Part shown: positions 54,179 to 64,000 of the stretch, piece by piece | Layout: the number at the start of each line of letters is the position of its first letter | How positions within the stretch are numbered: position 1 is the first letter of the stretch | Source of the DNA: Balanoglossus misakiensis | Lineage: Eukaryota; Animalia; Hemichordata | Assembly: GCA_040954595.2 (NCBI GenBank) | Contig: CM082592.2 | Location: 3,922,735 to 3,986,734, forward strand | Reading direction: 5' to 3' | DNA: 64,000 nucleotides | Position numbers and translations under genes: made by a program | Notes under the pieces: generated by a model | Told to the model about the DNA's origin: nothing | Seen by the model: the letters and a program-made list of their open reading frames with translations, nothing else | Databases searched by the model: none

Positions 54179-54380
54179 TTACAGAGAGTCTCAGGGAAAT
54201 GTGGGTTGATTTCAAGAAACTGGAACTATAGCACGTACCGTACATGAATGCATGTAATGTACATCGCTAGCAGTCGAAATTAATAATATCTGTACCGTTT
54301 CGAGATGTACTGGTACACGTAATAACTATAGTAGGTGAACTCCTGATAGAAAGGTTTGTGTGTCTAACATGTTAAATTAA

Positions 54381-54466
54381 CTCTTTTACCCCCATAGTTT
54401 GGTCCAAATCCATTGTTTCCTATAGTGTGATTGGACCCTCTTTACAGGGAAATGGGGGTGAAAGGG
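54381..54466. mobile_element. ~88-bp piggyBac-like MITE
   Basis: TTAA-CTCTTTTACC ... GGTGAAAGGG-TTAA. Confidence 0.78.
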
Positions 54467-56033
54467 TTAAATCCATCAGTGTGGGCAACCCCAACGTCGA
54501 TAGACTGATGCGAAATAAACCGGGTAGTGCGTTGTCGGGCGGCAGCGCTACGTTGTCGGCAGTGTAGCAGAGTAATCACCATTGAGGCCCTTAAGCTGTG
54601 TATCAAATGGACAGCGTGGCCTAGAAATCTGCATCGGATAATATTTCAACCTCCGCACAGTACGCGCGACGACCATATAGAAAGCATTGTTGTGGTTTTG
54701 TGGCGAGTGAATGCGTACGAACCTGTGCTAGCTAGATGAAATATGAAACATGTCGGCAAGTTTTACCTACACTTGGGATATCCTGTAAATCCTGTCTCAA
54801 ATGCAGGCATCAGGTATCGTAATATCTTCTTTTTTTGTCAGTTACAATTTATTTTTTTACTTAAATGCAAGTATACCGTGCATGTATATATTACCATAAA
54901 TTACCATGCTTATTAAGGTAGTTTAATCTAATTAATTGCCGTATTGTCCGGGCGCGAACGTGAACAATGGCGTTCGATGTGCATTTTATGTCCCTTGGGC
55001 AGAAATGGCAATTTCGACGATGTTAGACTGTGCAAGACACAGTGCAGTGTATTACTTTCAAAACAATCATCAACCCTCTTGTTACCATGCGTACAGCATG
55101 CAATTGTTTTTCTCCGTCAATTGAAGTGTGTCGGTGTTTTAACAATTTACGCATGATTAGTAAGAGTTGTCATGGCAACGGGAGACTCCTCTGTAACTCA
55201 TATTGAGTACAGGCCAAATTTTCTCACTTGGACCCCTCACCTGTATGCATGGCTAGAAAATTACTCTGTACTGTTTTGGAATGGATGTATCACAGTTTGA
55301 GTCAGAAATTTAATTGGCACTCTTTTTGATGTTGCGACCGCTTACATTTTTTATACGAAAATATTCAATATCTTGTTTTTCTCAATTCTGAACACCTTTC
55401 CGTTTCTTGAAGGACCAGATTATATTTCACTCCACGAAAATTATTAATATCCTAATCTTAGTTACTATATTCATATTTCATTCTCATATTTCAGACTTAA
55501 CTGTTGTGTTATTATAATTTTTCAAAACGATATCCGTGTATGAAGAAATTGTTTACTAAAGATGGGCAGGTCATTGTTTGATTATTTATTTTTCATTTCG
55601 TATACGTCAGTTTATCCTGTGTTATAACCGAAATGTCTTATTCAACCACGAAAATCAGAAAACGCCATATCCTATGTCAGCAATTTTTCGCGTCCAATTT
55701 AATTTTACCTGGGGCACACAGAGTATCAGAGCACCCTACATTGCTTTTCCGCACTGCAGTACAATGTAGCTCCTGCTGTCTGTAGCGAGCTCAGCGGTTA
55801 ATTCCATCAACAGCAAATCCTTTTTCCCAGTTCTATAAGCTCGGTCGCCCCGTCATTCACAGTGTATTAAAAGATCCTTTTGGATTCTCCCCACGTTGAT
55901 TTTCAAGTGTTTCCACTAAATGCCATTTAATCTTCCTGTTTCTTTTTTTCTGCTCCTTGTTCCGTTCCCGGCAAGTGGCTCGTACTTTGCAGAGGAATTA
56001 AGTGCCCTGTTTTTTTATCCTTCTCTCCACAAT

Positions 56034-56221
56034 GTCTCTCTCTCTCTCTGCCCTTTTTTCCATTAATTATGTTTGATACAAAACACTGTTTATGTTATTC
56101 TATGTACATGTGGATATATAGTGAATCAACATTCGGCCACACACAACTTCCATGTCATTTGTAAGATATGAGAGTAAAAATCTCGCCAAAATGAATAACT
56201 GATTATTCACATTGGCGAGTT
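56034..56221. mobile_element. MITE family B, truncated copy
   Basis: Matches the left half of 18707-19054 (ATTAATTATGTTTGATACAA...GTGAATCAACATTCG...CACACAACTTCCAT). Confidence 0.8.
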
Positions 56222-58881
56222 GTACGTACTGTGAGTCTGTGAATGTATTAGATATAAATTTATGGAAAAATGTAAGATTTATGTAGGTGCCTGAAGAATC
56301 GACAAAACATGTTCAGTTTGGTTCATCAAGAGTCTTACATATCGGCTTGTATAGTCTTCTTCGCTCATTTTTGCTGAAATCTCTAACCGCAACCTACATG
56401 TACATGTGTCGACAACTGCATGAAGGGTGCTATACCCGATGGATACCACACAGACTCAGGTGTACAGGTGGTATATTTCTGGTTTGGGGGGGGGGGAGAA
56501 CACAGCAGCATTAATTGCCATTAAGAACGTCTGCAAGACCTACTGGGCAAGTTGTTAAAGTCGCCCGCCTTTACGCACGTTTCCATGGTAACCAGCACAC
56601 GCAGAAAGCTGTGCTGAGATGCTGCGGGCAGAGTAGAAGCAAAACAGATGTATCGCTGCCAGTCACTGAGCGTGCAGTCAACGTACAGAACATGGATCAC
56701 TGAATTCACTTTTTGGCTTAATAGCTCTTAAACATATCTTGCAGCGTATACTGTTGATCCAAATCTCAGATACTTGCGTTGCGGCGATGTACACATACAA
56801 GTGACATTTTTTTTCCAAATGATAGTATTCCAAATAAATAAAAAAAAAAAATTTTTCCTAATGATAGTATTCCAAATTTCATAAAAATACGTCGTACATA
56901 TAACTGTTTCTCGCAAATGCTGTTTTTCACACATGTTTCGAACTTCACAGAAACTATAAATTTTGGTAATTTCATTTCTATCAGCTAGGGTCGTGTCACG
57001 CTAGAATTCGCAGCATGAGACCGACTTTGCCAATCAGTGGGGAACAAAATCGCCCCGCGGGAAGTCATTGTCGTAAAATCTATCATATTCTTCCTTATAA
57101 AATCTGACTTACACACATGCACACTACAATTTAATTGTGTTTGCCACCAGCAAAGCTAATTACATACACAAGAAATGTCACAATGTACGGATTAATTGTC
57201 GTCTTCTCGATAAGTCTCGATATTATCATCAGTCACGAGGTTGCCGTGTGAACACATGATTACAGAGATGACATCTTTCGGTTTGGAATGACGTAATCAT
57301 GGCCCGACAGCGTTTCATTTACTCGGGTGAGGCGCGATATCAAATCTTCTCGCGTATAATTAGAATAACAAAGAAAGTCTGCCTGTCGATCGAGTTCTGT
57401 TCTCCCTCACAATCTATTTTATGTTTGGCACCAGCCAGACAAATTGATGTCTTCAATCCGACGGTCTGCAGGGTGATATTGATTTAGAAGAGAACTTGCC
57501 CCCTAAAGTACATGGTGGTACATCATGTACTTACTATAATGATGACAAATGTCCTTGCTGCGATAAATTCTCATAGCCAAGGAAAAAAACGCCCCATTAA
57601 AAACTTCCACCTACCAAGAAAATGCAATTTCCCAGCCTTGCCCAATTTCCAAGCCTGCAGTTTCATTTCAAATTGAATGTTTTTGCTGTTGTAGTTTTAT
57701 TTAGCAAGAGTAAAGTAATGATTAAGTCTAACAGAGAACTTGCTGGCAGTATGTGGTTCACCTAGACTGTTGACACCCTACAAGATATTTTCTGTCATCA
57801 AACATGCAGGCTATCCAATGTGTTCTTTCAGTACTAAAATAATATGATAGTTTCAACATGTGGTTTGGTATTTCACATTTGTTTCGTCATGATTTTTAAA
57901 AAAAAACGTTATTAAACTCAAAATAACTCAAAAACTTTCCAAAGTTAAAAAATATATAATATATATCATGGATATTTTATTCGATGGACAAATTTCTCCA
58001 AAGGAAAGATAGAAAGTGAGAAAGAGATGTGAAAAAATTATGTCCGTGAAGAACTACAAGTACATGTATTTATATGCCAGAGAACCACATTTACCTTCAG
58101 CCTAAAAAAAAAAAATATGAAAAAAAATATTCGCTCGCCGCTCCTGGAACTTGCTAGTTTCTTCATATATTGAGCCACATCTGTGATTATTGAAAACCTA
58201 GCAAAATCATTCTAAGAACTTGACTCGTCCTAATCCTGATTCTCCAGTCTTCAAGCTGAATTAACGTTAGAGTATCAAACTTGGAAATTTAAAAGAAAAA
58301 TGGTTTTGATTCAAAGGCAAAAAAATTGCACAAAAATGAAATATGTTAATATAATTATAAAAAACCCATTACTTCATTGGTTTTCTAGAACCTTTAAAGA
58401 CATGCATCAGGAAATTAAAAAAAAAATCTTTCATCTTCATTTATCTAGGTAAAAATAACCCTACTTTGATCAGCATATGTTATATGAACCACTCAATAAA
58501 TTTTTGCTTGGTCAAATCCAAAGTACATTTGAACCCTGTGCAGCAATGTTATCTCAAGTACAGATGAGACTATTCTTGAGAGCCATGAAAAAGGGAAATT
58601 TTACTCACGGAAATTAAGTAAGTGATCGACCATGTATTTGCTTAATGTCGGTTATTGTTAGTTTGAGTTTAGTGACAGTCGTGACGTGGGAAGCCCAGCT
58701 GGACGTGGTCGCTTGAAGAGAGGCGACGTAATACACCCACAGACTCTTTGAAATTTGTTGAAAGACTGGAAAAGTGACTTTGAATGTAAGAATCATGTAG
58801 AGGAAACTGGCATATCAATTGTATGACATGATTGCTCTGCGTGCATCCGTAATAAATGTTATAGGACTGCTGAGGCATTAA

Positions 58882-59113
58882 AGGGACAAAGTCTCTCTCT
58901 CGCTGCACTTTTTTTTCGGTTAATTATGTTTGATACAAGACGCCGTTTATGTTATTCTATATGTGGTTGTATATTGAATCAACGTTCAATCACACACACC
59001 TTCCATCCCACGTGTAGACATAAGAGTGAAAAACTTGCCAAAATGTATAAACGGTAGAGACCGATTATTGGATGAGATTTTTACTCTCATATCCTACAAA
59101 CGGGATGGAAGTT
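58882..59113. mobile_element. MITE family B, right-truncated copy
   Basis: TTAA-AGGGACAAAGTCTCTCTCTCGCTG...; homology ends at CGGGATGGAAGTT. Confidence 0.82.
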
Positions 59114-62057
59114 TAATATAAAAAAGTGAATTGGGATGTTTCATCCAGACCATCACATCTAATCTGCATGCATGTAGTGTCACTTGGTGTTTTTCTTCTA
59201 TTCAGCCTGGGCTTCTTGATTGCAGGCATTTAGGATTTTTTCAATCAAAGCCAGGAAATCACTGTTTCTGAACCACTCAAGGCAGCTATAGCTCACTGTT
59301 TTTTTTGTCAGGAAATCTATCCAGCATGCCTTGTAAAATATATGCCACTATGGTATAAACTCAGTCACTCGTAACCTGAGCTTTTTCAGTTACAGAGAAA
59401 CCAACCTAATGCCATTCCGGTTGGAATGAACGTATATATCCTCAAGCTTTACGACAAAGCCAAACGTTTCTCCTTTTCAAAGTGTGTAGGTATACTGACG
59501 TCTCTGAGTGCACACGTGATTTTTTATCTTAATTTTGCGAGTCGAATCACAAATTTAGCAGCGACGCAGTACGTCATTCCCCTGAAAGCCCGCACGTGCC
59601 TCACAATGTATGTTTTTCCCGAAAAAGTGTCATCTTATATTGTTTGATACACTTCTGTAGTGATACGTGTAGTAACACTGGGTGCGTGGTCGGTACAAAT
59701 GTGCAATTTTGTTTCGCAGATCATGACTGCTGACTTGTAAACATAAATACCCTACAGCTTTGAATCTGAATGAAATACTTGACAAGGCCGAATACAAACA
59801 TTCCCATTTCTTCCTGTTTTCCGCTGGCGTGTAAGGCTTGGCCCGTCTCTTGTTAAGGATGTACGCGCAGAACATAAACTGTAAAACCGTGTGCATTTGT
59901 TTTTTTCCCTGTAGGGTCACGTTGAGAAGAGCAAGAAAACTCACTTCTACTATTGTCATTTTCGTGAATTTTTACACATAGCTCAGTCCAATAAAAATAA
60001 ATTCATCGGTCAAATAAAATCGCATTATTTATTGAAAGGTGAAATTTAAAGGAGAAAAGAAGAAGGTGCAAAGAAAACCCCTCGGGGAAGAATCACACGT
60101 TCTGTGAATTTGTCCAAAACCGAACGAAAAGATTATCTACAAAATGAAAATCAGTACTACTTGTATTATATTGACAAGTCCTTTGTACTGTTGCTATGAC
60201 TACCAGTGGTGATGCAGCGGTTATTTTGCTAAATACTAACTCAAAATTACTTCCTAATAAGAAGGAAGGTATTAGCGTAATGCTCCTTTTTTCACTTCTC
60301 TCTCAGTAATTTTCGGCCGACAGTTGTCGTAACAGGGGCGAGTTGAAATAATGATATTAAACTAATGATGAGAACTCACCATGAGTGATGGCTACAGTTT
60401 TCGATGATTAATTCGGTTGGTTGGTCAGTCTAGTTGAAAAAAAATGAAATTGAACCACAATACGAAGTGATGTCACCACTTCAGATGAATAATTATGGGT
60501 TTTGTTCCAAAATGAGATGTTTCCAGTATTCAAGGTGGAAGATGCAAATATGACACAAGTTGTTGACAGCGACCATGTTAACATATTTACTGAACAGATG
60601 TTTGCATAAATCGACAATTCAATAGACATCTCAGAAATTTCATCTGAAGATTGTCTAGAATGCATCGGTCACGCGATACCGTAATTGAGTAACAAACTGG
60701 CAATTGCAATGAACATGATTACATTATAAGTGAATTACATTTTTTAACGGGTGGTGTAGTGCAATGAACTGATTTTGTCGGTCGTTCGCCAAAGATTTTC
60801 GCATCAGATGAAAAGTGTTTGTGTTTGCTCAAGGATTTGCGTGTTTCCTGAATTTTTTGAGAGGTTAATACTCTTCTTGAACATAGCTGGTTTGTGAGCT
60901 ACTTTCCTTAGTGCTTTCTATGTTTTATAAAAAGATGCACGAAGTCACATAAATAATAAATGAATCTGGATTTATGCAAATGTTGCAATCCTTTTATAGC
61001 AACATCTGTGGCAAAGAGGAACTACATTTTACTGTCAATGATGTGTATGTACTATACACAGGGATGACAGATGGGTGGCTTAGAGGAACAGTTTGCTATA
61101 CCTTTGGGTGCTTGAAAAACTTTGTACGTCTTGAATCTAGCCGAGCACTCAGGCAAAATCTTTCTACAATCTAGCAACACCCATTGAATTTTAAAACTAA
61201 ACTGTAAGCACACCCCGTGGAGAAAACGTGAGGTAGTGAGATCCCGCTTGAAGTCAATCACAGATAGGGATCTTCAAATGAATTCTGGCAAGATCATTCT
61301 CAAGGCAGGGTAGTAATGTAAGCAGCCTTGGCTCACTAATACTTGTACGTCTGAGTTGAAAGATAAATCTGTGGAAGAAAATTGACATGTGCCTAAAGAT
61401 GATATAACATAATCTGTCCTGCAACAATAAAAGGATATTTAGTGAAGTCTGAAATTGTTTTTAGAAATCAGTAAGAAAACCCTGAAAATTCTAATTTGAT
61501 AGAGTGGTGTTATACTTACAGGCACTTTCCTTTTTCATGCAATAAATAACCCCTGGTGATTATTGGCAGCTCTTACCATCCACATTTGGTTTTCTTTTTC
61601 TGTCGAATTATGACTTCTGGGAATAAGGATGATATGGGATTGAAACTTATTCACAACAGGTGATCTGTCTTGTGTAGTACCGAAGGTAGGCGCGGTTGTC
61701 AAACTCTGATTTAGTAAGATTATGTGACTTTTATTATGTTATGTGCCTTTTGGAGTAATGAAGTGAACCCACTTTGTCAAAGAAGGGCAGTGTAAATGTA
61801 ATGGCGTGGGGAAATGATGATTGATAATGTCGCTATTAGTTTCATGTTGGCGGTGCATTCGGTGAAGTGGTTCTCAGTCCCAGCCATTGAGCAAATGATT
61901 ACTGATGATAGATACTGTCTGGTCTGTATCTTAGAATTACTGTCTGTCTGCATCTACACTGAGTGAGTAATAGTCCTTGACAGACAGTTCATTCATCTTT
62001 CGATATCATCTTTTGATATCAGTACTCGGAACCCTACACCCAAACCATGTGTAAATA

Positions 62058-62234
62058 CTATAAAACTGGTTATTTTTCGCGACAGGAAATGTTCGCGATA
62101 TCAAAGGAGGCAAGGATTAATTTTCGCGTTCTCTTATTTTCACTGAAAAAAACATTTTATTTTATTTCCATGTTTTTTTGGCTCTCGCGTGTTTTGCGAA
62201 AATTTATTGCTCGCGAAAATAACCCGTTTTACAG
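62058..62234. mobile_element. TA-target MITE (same family as 34999 and 35569)
   Basis: TA-CTATAAAAC ... GTTTTACAG-TA with shared internal TTTTCGCG motifs. Confidence 0.8.
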
Positions 62235-63754
62235 TACAATGACTGTTTCTGGTGTATCTAATAAATTATGCATTGTGTCATTGGCACGTTCGTCGTGCAA
62301 GGTTAGCTTTAAGCCCGCAAATAAATTGAGTATAACATTCTAGAGGGTAATAATTTCAAAAATAACCAAATAATATTAAGCATATTAAAATTTTTTTGTT
62401 CAATCTTAGTGCCATTGCTCTACATTGACAGAGTCTGGTTACTTTGGCTGTCCTTCCCTGTACAGGCCAATATGGAAAAGATATGTTCAATATTTAATGA
62501 ACAATGTAATCTCCATGTTTTTGGACAATATTCTAGCTGTTTTTTCTCGTATATGCCGTGAGTCATTTATGATTATATGAAAACTACTAAATTTTTAATC
62601 AAGAAGCAATGTTATACATTGTGCATATTGACTGAATTTATGAATAATTGAATGACGATTTCTGTAAGGTATGTACGGTATTGTCATTTGAGTGTTTATG
62701 TGTCATGTCTACAGTCCAGAAGTAAATCTAATAACTGATGGTTCAAAATCTTATAAACAAGCATATCTGGTGCCCAGGGAATGTCTACAACTTGTACATC
62801 TGACTTCAAAATAAATAAACCTTTAAATTTGTAATTGTTGTGAGTGACTTTCACAAAACTAAAGGTCACTGATATAAATTTGGAAGAAAAATCTGCATTT
62901 TTACACCTTAGGCAAATTTCATTGTGATGTTTTAAAGCCGTATATTCCAGAACTTTTTACGTTTTTTGTTGTTTACCCAAAAATATCTTCAAATTGTCTT
63001 CAATATTCTTTAAGTTCTCTCCATGATTTCCTTGACAGAACGAACAAAAAAATTGAGAAGCAATTTAGTTTCCATTTGCGTTATTTGATCCAGGCAGCCC
63101 GTTCTGGTGGCAATCAAATTCTTATTAATTTGTTCAATTATTTACTTGTATGTTCCCATCAATGTTTAATAACCAGCTGAAAGGTACCCCTAGGGGAGCG
63201 TGTTTACACAAGATCGTTTCGTTTTAAAGCAAAATCACACGAAAAAAATGGGGAAAAAATGTTCCGTTCTACAGCATATGGGTCTTTTTACGGAATTAAA
63301 TGGTTTGTGTGGTTACCAGGACACACAGCATACAGTGATGAGACTTAAGATGCTCTCTCAAGGATGTACCGTACGTGCACTACCGTATGAATACAAGCAT
63401 GTGAAATTTGTCTCCTCCCATTGGATTGCATAAAGAATTGTCAGAAAACCAATTTCTACTATTTTCATGAAATTTTGTGCATGCCTTTAGAATTCAGTGG
63501 TCAAATAAAATCGAATGGTCACAATTGCCCAATTATAGCTTTGTTGAAAATGTTCATCCATAGAAAATACCATTGATAAAAAAATTGCTGACACAGCAGG
63601 TTTTTTCATGATCGACTAAATTCACGGCCCTGTATTTAAAAAAACCCACGGTGACCCCTATGTTTTATAACTGATTTTTAAAAATAAAACTTACGACGGT
63701 CCGAGAATCCTTAAATCGACAATTAATAGAAATGGTATGTCCTTAAGACCTTAA

Positions 63755-63841
63755 TCCTTTCACCACCATATTGTTTGGTCCAACTCCACTGTTCTCAGTT
63801 GCAATGTTGGACCTCTGTACATGGAAATGGGGGTGAAAGGG
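63755..63841. mobile_element. ~88-bp piggyBac-like MITE
   Basis: TTAA-TCCTTTCACC ... GGTGAAAGGG-TTAA. Confidence 0.8.
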
Positions 63842-64000
63842 TTAATTGGATCAGGTGAGCATACTTCCCATAATCTCCTTACTACGTTTCTGTCTTTGGG
63901 AGAAGCAGCCCAACGCTGGGTGTCACAAAGATTACTGTCAAGCAAAGCTGACTGAACGATGTACGATCCGTTAAGTTGAAAATAATGTCTTTTCAATTCT

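Noticed and set aside
54737-54813. Additional candidate first exon ending CAG|GTATCG
   Set aside because: Weak donor and several ATGs in different phases; too ambiguous to call

Overview
AT-rich, intron-containing animal genomic DNA. It most likely comes from a marine invertebrate deuterostome (hemichordate- or echinoderm-like), inferred from histone 3' elements, gene structure and repeat families. 1-15 kb is a small, rearranged replication-dependent histone cluster: three H4 genes (one +, two -) and a divergent H2B/H2A pair, with no H3 or H1 in view. A 6-exon cytosolic sulfotransferase gene lies between two inverted H4 copies, and its last intron and exon were co-duplicated with H4. 18-29.6 kb (- strand) holds an 11-exon gamma-glutamyltranspeptidase gene with a GC-AG intron and two candidate alternative first coding exons. 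30-64 kb has no recognisable complete gene. It contains several candidate alternative phase-1 first exons of a + strand gene whose body probably lies beyond the window, a nested Academ-like/LINE relic, and many MITEs (Kolobok/T2-, piggyBac-, PIF/Harbinger-, Tc1/mariner- and Crypton-like). All calls are from manual reading; no database searches were run.
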